Below, piece after piece: positions 26,966 through 42,560 of a stretch of 64,000 nucleotides of DNA (position 1 is the stretch's first letter; each line of letters opens with the position of its first letter). The notes under the pieces were generated by a model. That model was given only the letters and a program-made list of their open reading frames with translations. It ran no database searches and had not been told where the DNA came from. Made by a program: the position numbers and the translations under genes. This DNA is from the human T2T-CHM13v2.0 reference genome, Homo sapiens: NCBI RefSeq assembly GCF_009914755.1, contig NC_060932.1; one strand, written 5' to 3'.

Positions 26966-27921
26966 CTTGTTTTCAGAACTCGTTCCCACTCTGCCTCCAT
27001 GGTTTCTTGTCTCCTTATTCTGCTCAAAAATTTTCCTTAGCATTTATCACCTTGTAAGATACATTAGAATTTACTTATTATGATTTTGTCTTATTGGCTC
27101 TCTGTCCCAGCTAAAATGTAGGTTTCAAAAGGACAGAGATTTATTTTTTCTCATCCCATCTACCTAGGGATACTGCCTGGAACGTATTTGAAGCTCACTA
27201 ATATTTGTTAAACACAGTGTATTTACTTTCAATTTCCCAAAGCCTTGTGTTCAGATAGAATAATGTGTTTATGCCAAGCAGGACTCTTGATTTTAAATGA
27301 CAGAAGCCCAATTCCAACCAACATGAGTAAGAATGTTCTGTTTATTTGTTCTGTTGTGGTTTCCTTCTGGTTTGGTCTAGGTTTATGTTGGAAGATAACC
27401 CAGGATTTGCACTTTTCTTCAACCACAGTTGAATGCAGGTCCCCCCAGATGGCCAACAAAACTTGATCTCTAGCTCTTGACTCTGTTCTCCTCCCTTCTG
27501 GCTTGGTTCTCCAGGAGGATCTCTCCACCTGGAAGAGGCATGAACACAAGCAACTTTAGGTTAATATGATCTTTAAGTTCCAGAGATCACAGAGGCACCT
27601 CAAAAGCTCCAGACGGGACTCTGTGTGACTCTATTAATGAAGCAGGGAGGTGGGAAGGTATGTCACTCTGTTTAAGCCAGGTTTAGATCACAGTTGCCTC
27701 CCTCAGAGCCAGGGTGGGAGTGAGGCACAACTGAACGCTGAAGTCCTGTGGACTGCACAGGCTAGCTCTAGAAAGGGCAAGAGGTGGTTTCCCTAAAATG
27801 GAATCCTGGACAGACAAATTTATATCTACTCTATAACTAAAGAAGACCTTAGTAACTTACATTTTTTATTTTTTTACTTTTTAGTTTTTTGTTTGTTTTG
27901 GCAGGCGGAAGGGGGAGCTGA

Positions 27922-28243
<322 letters not shown>

Positions 28244-28588
28244 GGAAAATCTAACATTTTTAAAAACTATTCTTATGTGAGTAATGCCATTTTCAAATTG
28301 GCAACATGCCCATCAGAAACATTTCCAAAATTTCTTAAACCAAAAAATAATATTTTAAAATACATTTTCTTTCAGTTTTAGGGGGTAAAAAAAGCTAAGC
28401 ATAGACACATATTAAGCAAAAGATGTAGTTTTTTTCGTGCAAAGCAAATTTAACAAAATCACATCTAAATTTTTAGTAACATTCCATTATTATAAAATGT
28501 AATTAGCTTTGCGTATGACTTAGTATGATATCAAGTCCTAGATATGCTAGCGGTATTTTTCACTTCCATATGTTTTCTTGTCTGCATG

Positions 28589-29003
28589 TAATGTAGTTTG
28601 GATATTTGTTCCCTCCAAATCTCATGTTGAAATTTGATTCCCAACATTGGAGGTGGGGTCTGGTGGGAGGTGTTTCGTCAAGGGAGGTGAATCCCTCCTG
28701 ATGGGGGCTTGGTGCTGTCCTTGCAGTAATAAGTGAGGTCTTGCCCTATTGGTTTTAGCCAAAGCCAATTGTTGAAAACAACCTGGCACTTCCCTTCCCT
28801 CTCCTTTCCTTCCTTTCCATGTGATGCCGTCTCCTCTTCACCTTCTGCCATGAGTAGAAACTTCCTGAGGCCCTTACCAGGAGCAGATGCCAGCGCACTG
28901 CTTCTTATACGGTCTGCAGAACCATGAGCCAAATAAACCTCTTTTCTTTATAAATTATCCAGCCTCAGGTATTCTTTTATAAGAACATAAATAGGGTAGG
29001 ACA
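28589..29003 (+). mobile_element. MSTB-like solo LTR
   Basis: TAGTTTGGATATTTGTTCCCTCCAAATCTCATGTTGAAAT...GCAGAACCATGAGCCAAATAAACC; 5-bp TSD GCATG. Confidence 0.93.
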
Positions 29004-30412
29004 GCATGTAAGTAGCTAAAATTTAAGGAAGCACATTACTAAATAAGATAATGTTTTGGAGAGCTCAAAAATAATGATTCGGTTTAAAATTACTTAAAAT
29101 GTGTCTGAATTTCAACAAGTTTTAAAATCAGTTACTCTTTGTATATAATCATTATATGATATAGACAGTACCATCATAATTTTTTAAAATAGTACATAAT
29201 CCAAAGAATCACAGTTTATCTTCTTATTAGGAATCATAAATGTGTATAATTATTTACATAGCATCACAGTATTAAACACATTCAAAAGCACTAATTACTT
29301 GTATGTACATGAATTTTATCACTAATTAATCAAAATATTTATTTTAAACACTTTCAAATTCATTATTTCCGAACATATATAACCATTATAACATAATAAA
29401 AACCATAATTTACTTTGTGTAGGGTTAGCCTACTGATTAATATTTTACGGAAAAAATATAATTATAACTTCAGAATAACTAAATAAGTTTATGTGCCGTA
29501 AAGGCTAAATACAAATTATAATTGAATGTAAGTAAAATGATTATGGGAAGAAATCTAATATTATGTAGATATACCTCACTCTGTGCAACAAGTACTTTCC
29601 TGGAAAGTTGTATGTTAGTTTAACTATATTTGAACTATATTTTAAAAGATATTTAAGGAATACTGCCAACTGCTATCTTTATAAAATGATTTCTTTAAGT
29701 TTGCAGTGTCTTAGAAAAATGAAGAAGTCTTAATTTCTTCTTTTAAATGTCTGAATTTTCTTTTTAAAAGACGCATATGAAGTAGTCTCCTCTCTAAATC
29801 ACTGAGCTCACAGACTGAAGTTGTATACACCAAGCTCAAAGAGAACAGATGGATTAATCCTGCCTAGGAGATGTGGTTGGCATTTGTAAGTAAGTAGCAT
29901 GATATTGTCAGATTCTAAAAGAATTACCGATCCACCACACTCCTGATATTTTCAGGTCACTTGTCTAGCTGTCCCTAATATGTGATAACTTGGAAGACCA
30001 TCCTTAGCATACAGATTTCTGTAAAAATTGACTATAAAGATATGGCATAAGATTCCACATATTTTTTACTATATTTATCTCTTCAACAAAATATGTACTT
30101 ATCCTCTTCTAACATAGAAATGACATTATTGTAATGGAACAACATGAAGATTATTATGTTGAGATTTCTAAAATTTCTAATTCAAATTAATGAGTTTCAT
30201 ACAGTTAATTCTTAAAGTATACATGTAAGCTTGTTAACACTAATTTGTACTCCATGTAATCTTTCTTAATATTTCACCCATTTAAACTGAAACTGCTCTT
30301 TAGAAATTCTTGATTTAGATTAAATATATATTTGGTTATCTGTAATGTAAATTGTAATGTTACTAATTTTTAAAAGTCAATTTAAATAATTAATTATAAA
30401 AATATAAGATTT

Positions 30413-31201
<789 letters not shown>

Positions 31202-31898
31202 TGCTATGCAGAAGCTCCAAAAGAGTGATAAAGAAAAGTTCCCAACATTGATTGCTAAGAATTTCTTCTTTCTTATTTTTTGTTTTTGTTTTTGTTTTTA
31301 CGTGTTTGAAAAATACTTGTGGACCTATGTTTCTCCAAATGATCTTTAGGGAAGGGATCATGGCCTGTAATAGCAACATTTTGGCTCAGTAAAATTTCAC
31401 TGTCTAACACACCAGAAAGGGCACAGCAAGATTCCAGAGAACCCCACTGCCTCCAGCAGCAACCTGCAGACTGTTTTCAGATAGTGCTTGATTTTGATGC
31501 AGGAACTACTTAACTATTCTTATAATTTGGATCCCTTGATTCTGCCCTTCTTTTGGAATTTTTCTCCTCATTTTTGTACGATTGGATGTAATAGTGCCTG
31601 GTATATGGTATAGGGTAAAGAGATACTTGCTTAATGAATAACCTTAGTTTGAGTCTCAATCAGGTACTTACCATGTATGTGGTCTTGGACACTTTGTCTA
31701 ATCCCTTTAAATCTCAGATTATTCATATGTATAATGAAAAGACTAATAGTACTTCGAGGTCTGCTAGCAGCTGCCCCAACAAAATAAGTCTGCAATAATT
31801 GCCATAATGAAATACCACAGACTGGGTGGCTTCAAAAACAGAAATTTATTTTTTCACAGATTTGGGATCTGGACATCCAAGATCAAAGTGTCGGCAGG

Positions 31899-33239
31899 TA
31901 AAGAGTTTTTGCACAGCAAAAGGAGATTTCAACAGGGTAAAGAGACAACATGCAGGATGACAGAAAATATTTACAAACTATGCATCCAACAAAGGCCTAA
32001 CATCCTGAATCTATAAGGAACTTATCAAATCAACAAGCAAAAAAATAGTAATAGGCCGGGCATGGTGGCTCACGCCTGTAATCCCAGCACTTCAGGAGGC
32101 TGAGGCGGGCGGATCATGAGGTCAGAAGATTGAAACCATCCTGGCTAATACGGTGAAACCCCGTCTCCCCTAAAAATACAAAAAAATTAGCCAAGCCTGG
32201 TGGCAGACGCCTGTAGTCCCCGCTACTGGGGAGGCTGAGGCAGGAGAATGGCCTGAACCCGGGAGGTGGAGCTTGCAGTGAGCCGGAGAGCACGCCACTC
32301 CACTCCAGCCTGGGTGACAGAGCGAGACTCCGTCTCAAAAAAAAAAGCAAAAAGAAAAAAAAAGAAAAAAATAGTAATAATGATAACCCCATTAAAAAAT
32401 CAACAAAGGACATGAACAGACACTTCTCAAAAGAAGACATGCAAGAGTCCAACGAATATATGAAAAATTGCACAAAATCACTAATCATCAGAGAAATGCA
32501 AATCAAAACCACAATGAGATACCATCTCACACCAGTCAAGATAGTTAACATTAAAAAGTCAAAAAATGACAGGTTGGCAAAACTGAGGAGGAAAGGGAAT
32601 GCTTATGTACGGTTGGTGGGAATATAAATTAGTTCAGCCATTGTGGAAAGCAGTTGGGAGATTTCTCAAAGAACTAAAATAGAACTACCGTTCAACCTAG
32701 CAATCTCATTACTGCATATATACCCAGAGGAAATAAACTGTTCCACCAAAAAGTCAGCTGCACTTGTATGTTTACCACAACACTATTCGCAATAGAAAAG
32801 ACGTGGAATCAGTGTTGGTGCCCATTAACAGTGGACTGGATTAAAAAAAAAAGTTGTATATATACACCATGGAATACTATACAGCCATAAAAAATGAATC
32901 ATGTCCTTTGCAGCAACATGGATGCAGCTGGAGGCTATTATCCTAAAAGAATTAACACAGAAACAGAAAACCAAATACCATATGTTCTCGCTTGTAATTT
33001 GGAGCTAAACTTTGGGTAAATATGGACATAAAAATGGGAGTAATATATACTAGGGACTCCAAAAAGAGGGAGGGAGGGAGGGAAGGGGGCAAGGGTTGAA
33101 AAACTTCTTATTAGTTACTATGTTCACTATCTGGGTTGACAGGACAATAGAAGGCCAAACCTCAGTGTCATACAATGTCATATAGTACACCCTTGTAACC
33201 TGTACATGTACCCCCGAATCTAAAATTAAAATTTTTTTG
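31899..33239 (+). mobile_element. L1PA15-17/L1PB-like 3' fragment (ORF2 C-terminus plus 3'UTR) containing an AluY
   Basis: ORF 32412-32627 MNRHFSKED...[19 protein letters not shown] is L1 ORF2; TSD AAGTGTC(G/A)GCAGGT. Confidence 0.95.
32054..32370 (+). mobile_element. AluY
   Basis: AluY diagnostics; TSD AAAAAATAGTAATA. Confidence 0.96.
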
Positions 33240-33529
33240 AAGTGTCAGCAGGTTGGTTTCATTATGAGGCCTCTCTGCTTGGCTTGTGATAGCTATATTT
33301 TCCCTTTCTCTTCAAATGGTCATCTTTCTGTCTGTGTGTGTGTCTGTGTTTTAATTTCTTCTTCTTATAAGGACACCCATCATATTGGATTAGGATTCAC
33401 CCATGAGACCTCATTTTTCCTTAATTCTCTGTTTAAAAGCTCTATCTCTAAATAGAGTCACATTCTGAGGTACTGGGTGTCAGGACTCCAAAATATGCTT
33501 TGGTAGGACACACGATTCAACCTGTGAAA

Positions 33530-34378
<849 letters not shown>

Positions 34379-35731
34379 TCCATAGCAAGTTTCTACCTCA
34401 TTGGCTTGCCACGTAGATTAAATAACACTTGCACAAATTTTAGCACAAGGTCCAGAATGTAGCAAGGACATATTAAAGGTTAATGAGTTTTATTTCTACT
34501 GACCTGGAATGTCTCTATCTGAAAATGTAATGTTCTAAGATTTTCAAGTCAAATTCAAGTATCTGGGAAAATAAACTGTAGAAAAACATAAGAAATAATA
34601 CAATTTTGACCCTGAAGAGATAGATATTGAGAAAAAAAAAAATCACAAGCTTACCAAATTGGCAATCTTGAGGTTATACAGAAAAATCACATTCACTTTT
34701 ATATTTTAGCTACAGCATATTCTTATAAGCAATTTGTAAAAGGTGCAGTGTCTAAACACAGTAGATAGTATAATCTGTATACAAAAGTCATTTTGGGTGG
34801 ATAATCACTGGAATTATATGCTCATTTTGGCCCACATTCTTCCAGCTTTCAGTCTCCTATTATAATCAATGGAAGCATCCAACAAAACAAGAGATTCAAC
34901 TAACAAAATCAGGATCTTTGAAAAGTAGGTAGTGAATTTACTCTCTGAATGTTAATATCACTTTAAGTGGAAAAGTGTAAATACCAACGAATAAAGAGAA
35001 ATTTTTTAAGATACAGAAAGAAAGTTGAAGCAGATCCAGTAGCAAGAGGTGAAAGGTGAATGAGCATAAACTGAAGATGTCAAACTTTTAACCTAAAAAC
35101 ATAGAATTTGTCATTTTACTTAGAAATGGGCTAATCACAGTTTAAGTTTTACCAGTTTCAAACACTTTTATGTTTCCATGGCTTCCAATTTCATAACAGG
35201 TGGTGACTAAGTTGTATATTTAGCCACAGAGAAATAAATATTTTTTAACAAGACAAAACAACAAGTCCACCAAGAGCCAAGAGACAGGGCTGCCCTCGAA
35301 AACAGGTTTTATTCATACCAGCAATAGCTGCCAACCAGACAAATTAATTTCTAAAACAGATGTAAAGAACAACTATACCCATACTCAGATGAATAACAAC
35401 AGAATCTATATTTTTAATTTGAATACAAACAATTACATATTGTGATTAATTAAACTGGTAAGGCAGAATCAATGTCCATTTCCCAGTTCACAATGGGCTG
35501 GTCATTACTACTCACAGGCTCTAACGCAAGTCTATATTCTCCAGTCATTTAAGCCCAAAATCCATTCTCCCACCACCTAGCTGCCTGATGTTTGCTAACC
35601 ACAGTGCTTGGTCCTCTTGCGTATCCTGTGGTTCTAAGGTACATCCAACAGGCCCTCTTAGTCTTTTCTATTTGTTTTGCTCTGCACAGCTGTATAATTC
35701 CCACAATTCAGGATGTGATATCAAATAGGAT

Positions 35732-35922
35732 CAGAGATGGGCTACTGAAAGTTTAACAACCGACTGTTGGAGAAGATACTGATTTGTAGATTTGCAAATC
35801 TCTGTGGTATATTCTGGCCGATTTCTAGCTATTACCATGGTGTCAATTGGCCCTCTAAACTGCTGGAGATTTAATAATTCACTCTCACCAGTTTGTGTGA
35901 GCTGGCTCTGCTATCTTACCAA
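35732..35922 (-). mobile_element. MER63A-like hAT element
   Basis: GTTTAACAACCGAC...CTGATTTGTAG...TGGCCGATTTCTAGCTA...GAGCTGGCTC. Confidence 0.65.
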
Positions 35923-35984
35923 TAAAGGGCAAAATTAGACTTTCCCCCATTTCTCTAGCTGAAATTATTGAGGTACTAAAGAAT

Positions 35985-36490
35985 ATTCTAGAAGCTTAGA
36001 ACTAAAAGGGTCTTTGAAGGTCACTGCCCTACATCTCTTATTTTACAGGTGAAGAAACTGCTGTCCACAGGGGTTAATTGTTACCTTTCCTTAACCTGTA
36101 TTTTTATGACTGCTGCCTTTGTGGCAATGTGACATAACAGACTGGAGTGGGTCAAATGTTCATTCTTCACAAGACTGGATTAAAGATCAGCCTTTGATTT
36201 GCAGCTACTGTCACTGTTTGCTGAGTTTTTGCTGTTTATCACTTAAAATAAGAAAATTATAAAGTCTTACGCCCTCTTAGGTATGTAATCACTTCATTAC
36301 TAAGTGACCCTAACTCTAAAAAAGTTATTTTGAAATAGAAGACAGGTAGTGATAACCCAATTTTATAAAAGAGATAGCAGAGGAGAATTCAATAAGCCTA
36401 AGTCCAAAAAAAAAAAAAAAAGCCAGTAATATAACTAGAATTAGAACCCTGAATATAAATCTAAGCCTGTAATCTTTTTCCTCCACCATG
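35985..36490 (-). mobile_element. MIR fragments
   Basis: CTCTTATTTTACAGGTGAAGAAACTG; GAATTAGAACCCTG. Confidence 0.55.
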
Positions 36491-38082
36491 TAATACCTCA
36501 TTCTTTCTGCATATGATTTGGCAAAGGTAAGGCAGGAATTGTGCTGTGTAGATTGATTCTACAAAATTGATAACGTTTTTAAAGTACAAGGCAGTTTTCC
36601 AGCCACTTTTTTGTTTGTTTGTTTGTTTGGTTAACTGCAATATGCCAACAGAAACCTATCTAGGTGCCATGCAACACCTAGGTAAAAGGGCTCTTCAAGA
36701 ATTTACAATCTGTTTGGAGAAATGACAAATATATATGAAAAGATAATGATGGCAAAAGACTATAAATAATAAATGCCTATGAATAATACAGATGCAAATG
36801 TTAGTGGAGGTCCAAGGAAAAAAAAATGATCTTGAGCTTGATGGATGACAAAAGAGCCCAGAAGGTTTGGAATTAGACCCTTGGCAATCTGATCTGCACC
36901 TGATTTTCCAGAAAATGATGGGTTTTTTTTTTACCTTCCTCCACAAATAGCTTGAACCAAAGTTATTATCACATTGAAATACCTGGCATTCTCCTTCCTC
37001 TGGGTGCATGCTTACTCCATTTCTAACTCTAGAAATGCATTTCCTACTATTCTGCACTGTGGCTATCCTAGCAATTTTCAAAGCTCAGTTTTATCCCTAT
37101 CTCCTTATAGTTACCCTCCTTATTTAACCATACCAGGGGAAGTCACCTCCAAACCTCTGAAATGCTATGGCTTCATAAGCTTTTCAGGATAATTTTCTTT
37201 TCAACGAAACATCAACATTTGCATATGCAAATGTGTACTTTTCTTCAAAGTAAAACCTAGGGAGTATCTACATGTTTATTGCAATGAGGTTACCATTGCT
37301 TAAAACTTTATTTTTAATTTTACTTTGAAATTGCCCTCAAAGCAAGTTTTAAAATCTAAAACAAAAGATTACACCTTATTATTTTACCATGAATTGTCAT
37401 TTGGCTTTTGGTTGTTTCTTAATCCATCATTATTTATGCTTCTATCATTACTTTAGGACTACAGTAGACTACAGTCTTACTGGATTTAACTTTATAATTT
37501 CAACTATTGTGGGTAACATAATTTGTGACTTATATGATATGCAATTTTTCTAAGGCAAAAATTTGAGTAGTAGATGATGTGAGATTATGGCGTGGAAGCA
37601 AATTACCCACCTAACTGCCCCACATCCATAGGTCAATGCAGATTTTTGTTATTCCTTGCTCATCACCCTATATATATAAACTCCTGTGAAGTGACTTTTT
37701 TTAAATGATTATGAAAATAAACCCAATTATTTATGCTAGCGTAACCAGAATATAGACCTTTGGATTTTTTAATGGAATGCTGAAATTGATGTGAGTCAAA
37801 TCAGTGACATGAATGAGTATACCATCTATTTTGTATGGAACCAGAAAAGACTTGTGAATCTGTTACAGTCAATGCTCCAACTAGAACAGAATCTATGCAA
37901 CAAATGACAAATAAAACTTGAAAGAAAGTTGAAATGGTGAGCTATTTCACTTGGACATAGTATTATTCAATAGAAAATTCTAATATTAGTTATTTAGATT
38001 TATTTAGATTCATAGTTACATATTCACTGAGGGAAGGAAAAGTCATTTTCTATATTTTATCAAAGAAATTATATATCCATTT

Positions 38083-38245
38083 CAGTAGTTCTCAACTCCT
38101 TTGAGGTAAAGAAAACTTTGGAGAATTGATGAAAGAGGGTTCATACAAGAAAAATATGTCTATATACAGAAAAATCTTAGCATACAATTTTAGGGATTTT
38201 ATAGATTCGTAAGGATCACTCCAGGACCCCGGATAAATGCACCAG
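38083..38245 (-). mobile_element. MER103C-like hAT-Charlie element
   Basis: CAGTAGTTCTCAACTCC...TTTGGAGAATTGATGAAAG...GCATACAATTTTAGGG...GGACCCCGG. Confidence 0.6.
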
Positions 38246-40002
38246 TTATCTCTAAGTTTGGACTTTATATAGAACACAGAGGAAATGCATCAGAAATATC
38301 AACGGGTACTTTATCGTTCCCATCATGGTTAGCACATTGTTTTGTATACCATTATCTGTGTTCAGGAAAACTAACAATTTTCAACCACAATATCTTCTGT
38401 ATCTAATCAACAAAGATCTACAGGTAATTTTCAGTAAATATTATTCTTTATATTTAGCTAACATACAAAGTGTGATTCTATTAAATTTGATCATTATCCA
38501 CATAATTACAAGTGGGTAATCCATTATTTCCTTCTCTTTCAAATGCTGATAACCTCTAACCTGAATTCATGACTGTAAGATTAAGTCAGACAGACCCCAT
38601 AAGAGGTGATTAGCAGCATGCTGTTGTATATTAAATGGTCTTCATCGTTGTTTTATCTACTTGACATGCAGCAACAACACATCAAAGTTATTAAGATTAA
38701 TGGCCTAATGATGAAAGCTAGAATACACAATTCAGCCTGTGAAGAACACTGCAGTGAAGCATGTGGAAAATATCTGAAACATAAATTCACTAGTGTAGCA
38801 CTGACCCTCCTGAAAAGATATCTAGTACAAAGTTAATATACATGTGAGATCATGTATATGAAAGTAATGTACACTGTAACTTGCAATGTTAAATTAGGGA
38901 TTTTTGTCATTGCTTTCTTGCCAATTTAGGAGTTTGTGCTAAATCGTGTGAGTGACAAAATGGAATTCAAACAAGGTGAAATAAATTCTTTAAGTATGAA
39001 ATGGAACAGGTTCATTTAGGAGCTAACTTCAACAATATTACTCTGCTATACAAACGAAAATATGATCTGGTTAGAAGCCCACGATGATAGTAAATTACAG
39101 GTCCTGGTCTGTAGATAGCTTTCCCATTATAGTTGTCAGGTAAAGATAGAATCAGAGAACAAACATGTAACACTTGCTCAGCTGGTAAGTGTTATTAGAA
39201 AGTTCTTTCATGTCTCATCTATAAAAATTCTTCAGAGAGAAAATGACTAAGTTTTAAATTCTACAGGAATTTATTTTAATCCACAAAGTATTAGTAATCA
39301 TGCCCGTTGGTCTTCTGAAACAGTTGAAGTTATAGCATCACGTCACACCCAGGTCAAAAAGCTCGGATATAGATTAAGATAAATTGGTAAGAAACCACTT
39401 TAAAACATGGAGGCCATGAAACAGATTTACATTTCTCTCCAAATAGTCTGGAAAGAATAATTGGAATTCACTAAGGGAGACTGTATCACTAGCAAACCCA
39501 AAGTCCAAATGTATCTTTGCATTGTAAATATTTCACTGGCTTAAGGATGAAGTAAGCTTCCTTCTGAAAAAAACACAAGGTAACAATGAAATAACCTTTC
39601 CTATAACTGCTGTCTTAAGTCTCATAATCAGTAATGAGATCCTGGCAGTATGCTTTTATCATTCTCAGTCTATATAGGATAGACATTTTAACTTGGCATT
39701 AGAGTGAATATGATTTTTTAAAAAAGAAATTAGAAGTGGTAAAAACTGTATTTATATTCTTATGTAAGTACACTCTAAAAGACCTATGCCTAGATAAGCC
39801 TCTCAACCCTTTCTTTTATTTGAAACAGGAAATCATTTGAGGTTTATCCCTGTAGGCTTGAGGATAACTTTTACCCTGAAGAACTCATCTAAACTCACAG
39901 ATCTTTTTGAAGACAGTTATTCAGTTACTGCTGCTGATGGAATACAAAAGAAAAGTAAGAGCTCTGAGTAACAGGCTTTCTATATAAAAATAAATAACTC
40001 AC

Positions 40003-40056
40003 CTCCAAAAATATTACAGACATATTCTTGATTAATATTCTACACTATTCATATTT
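40003..40056 (-). other. Candidate 54-nt non-coding exon
   Basis: Minus strand tttgctttctcttaatctccttccaattgcag|AAATATG...TTTGGAG|gtgagt; stop codons in all three frames. Confidence 0.4.
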
Positions 40057-40292
40057 CTGCAATTGGAAGGAGATTAAGAGAAAGCAAATTTTCCATTGTT
40101 GTAAATACCAGTGCCCTCTGAGAAACCTACTAAATATCCACTGTACAGTAACTGATGGTAATTTGAGTTTCTCATCCTGAAGCTGTTTTGGGATGAAGGG
40201 ACTGAGGCCAGCTCACAGTGGGCATAAACCCTTCATATGAGTTCCAGTTCAGTAGCTTCAAGTGCCCACTGAGTCTTCATTTCCTGGAATGA

Positions 40293-40330
40293 ACTATCAA
40301 CCCCATATCAACACTATCAACCCCATATCA
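40293..40330 (+). repeat. 20-bp-period tandem duplication
   Basis: ACTATCAACCCCATATCA twice, separated by AC. Confidence 0.93.
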
Positions 40331-40375
40331 TTATTTCTAAAAAAAAACGCAGTCATCTTTCAAGAAGCAACAGTG

Positions 40376-40656
40376 GGCTGGGCATGGTAACTCACACCTG
40401 TAATCCCAGCACTTTGGAAGGCCGAGGCGGGCAGATCACTTGAGGTCAGGAGTTCAAGACCAACCTGGCCACAGCAAAACCCCATCTCTATTAAGAATAC
40501 AAGAATTAGCTGGGTGTGGTGGCACATGCCTGTAATCCTAGCTGCTGAAGAGGCTGAGGCAGGAAAACTGCTCGAACTGAGGAGGTGGAGGAGGTTGCAG
40601 TGAGCTGAGACTGTGCCATTGGACTCCAGCCTTAGCAGCAGAGTGAGACTCTGTCT

Positions 40657-40688
<32 letters not shown>
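40376..40688 (+). mobile_element. AluS/J with a pure A tail of about 30 nt
   Basis: Diverged dimer; TSD-like AAGCA(A/C)CAG. Confidence 0.95.
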
Positions 40689-40689
<1 letters not shown>

Positions 40690-41072
40690 CACCAGCAGAA
40701 GCGACATCTTACCCAGGGAGCTTTTACTGCCCCTACTATCCAGTTTGATTTAATAACTCACTTGTTACGTATCCTATAGTCATTATAAAACCATTTTGCC
40801 ATTATTTGCTAAAATTTTTGTTTCTTTTATATAACCATGAACTTCTTGAGAATGGCTAATATATCTTACTCAAGGTACTCAAGTTCTTATTTTAGTACCT
40901 GTTAGAGCACTTCAAAAACATTGGTTAAAAGAATGAATTGAGTAAATAAGTTGTTGAATGAGGGAGGAGGTGAGGATGACAGTAGGCCAGTGAATGACTT
41001 GTCAGTATTTGAAATAATATCTTACCAAAATATCCACTGCAGATTTTATTTTATGGGATTTCAATTGAACAA

Positions 41073-41437
41073 TGATATGGTTTGGCTTTTTCCCCACCCA
41101 AACCTCATCTTTAATTGTAACTCCTGCAGTTCCCATGTGTTGTGGGAGGAGTTCGGTGGGAGGCGATTGAATTATGGGGGTGGGTCTTTCCCATGCTGTT
41201 CTCCTGATACTGAATGAGTTTCACGAGATCTGATGGTTTTAAAAATTAATGTTTCCCTGCACAAGCTCTCTCTTTGCCTGCTGCCATCCCCGTAAGATGT
41301 GACTTGCTCCTCCTTGCCTTCCACCATGATTGTGAGGCCTCCCCAGCCATGCGGAACTACAAGTCAAATAAACCTCTTTTATAAATTGCCCATTGTCGGG
41401 TATATCTTTATCAACAATGAGAAAATGGACTAATACA
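41073..41437 (+). mobile_element. THE1B-like solo LTR
   Basis: TGATATGGTTTGGCT...CCCCACCCAAA...CATGATTGTGAGGCCTCCCCAGCCATG...GGACTAATACA. Confidence 0.95.
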
Positions 41438-42369
41438 AATAGTAAATATCCCCTTAATTCAGGACTATTAAGCTCACAATTCTGTCTTCATTCTCTCCCC
41501 AGTTTTTTTCTCCCATCTGCCAGTCTGGCATAATTACAGTTTCTACCTCAGGGTAGTGAAAATTAATTGGCTTGTAAATAATGATAAATTAGTCAATGTT
41601 CATAAATTGCTCTCAAGATGAAAAGCACTCCATCACCTCTAAGCATTTTTATTTATTAGAAAATAAATTGATGCATTATCGGTATCTGGACCATACTTGT
41701 GATTTATGCTATAAACATAATTAAGCTTTTTCTCTAGTTCTGAAATCTAGTTCTGCCTTTCATTCTGGGATGTAGACCCTTATATCACTGTCACTGTGCT
41801 AAGATGGATGATGAAATTCAATGCCACATACTAAGCCTGAATCAATGATGTGGATTTTAGAATTTAGAGCAGTTGGCATAGCCAGGGTCTCATTCTGACA
41901 GTCTGGTCTAAGTTTTACCCTCTATCTTGGAAGGCCTAGTGCTGATTGAGCTAAGGCAGAGTTTTGTTGAAGGCTGGTTCTGGAAGTATGTTACTTTGAG
42001 CTCAGGATGCCTCTGGAGATATTCATATCCAAGGATCTTGCAAAACCAAAACATCACGCCCAGAAGCAAATGCAGGATTTGCAGAAGGTCCTTTATCTAA
42101 GGGGGATCAGACACCTGTTTCAAAGGAGACCACATCTAAAGGATATATAACAATATAAAGCTAGATGTGGAGACATATGCCAGAGAGTGAGAGATGTATA
42201 AAGTTCCCAATTTTTTCCTTGATAAATGCAGTTGTATTTTCTATGTGTTTGATGATAAACTGTAATTTCTCTCATGGAATTGAGGCACTAGATAAACTTA
42301 CTTGGCAAACCTTTGTTGCTTTCCCTCCTCCCATTATTTTGTGTTATTTTAGTGATTCACTAAATCTCG

Positions 42370-42560
42370 AAGTCTTGGGAAACAACACAATACTTCATCT
42401 GATATTCACAACTATGATTCTGTCCACTTTGCAGATGAAGAAACAATCTTTGAGAGACTTTTAAAGATCTATGTCAAAATGGAGGCATTTAGTCCATAGC
42501 AGAGCTGGGTCTGAAAACCATGAATGGCTTAAATCAATATTCCTGCTCATAACTACTATG
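42370..42560 (-). mobile_element. MIR
   Basis: CCACTTTGCAGATGAAGAAAC...GCAGAGCTGGGTCTGAAAACCA. Confidence 0.65.

Larger units (their letters stand above)
25600..27215 (+). mobile_element. L2 fragments (split by Tigger4)
   Basis: CT-rich strand, CTAACTCCTTCATCTCCTTTAAG, 3' end TACTGCCTGGAACGTATTTGAAGCTCACTAATATTTGTT. Confidence 0.7.
31790..33528 (-). mobile_element. MLT1A0-like LTR split by L1 (31790-31898 and 33240-33528)
   Basis: AAATACCACAGACTGGGTGGCTT...CCAAGATCAAAGTGTCGGCAGG and TTCTTATAAGGACACC...CACATTCTGAGGTACTGGG. Confidence 0.9.

Noticed and set aside
32412-32627. ORF resembling a real protein (RHFSKED...[15 protein letters not shown])
   Set aside because: C-terminal remnant of L1 ORF2 in a 5'-truncated, Alu-interrupted L1
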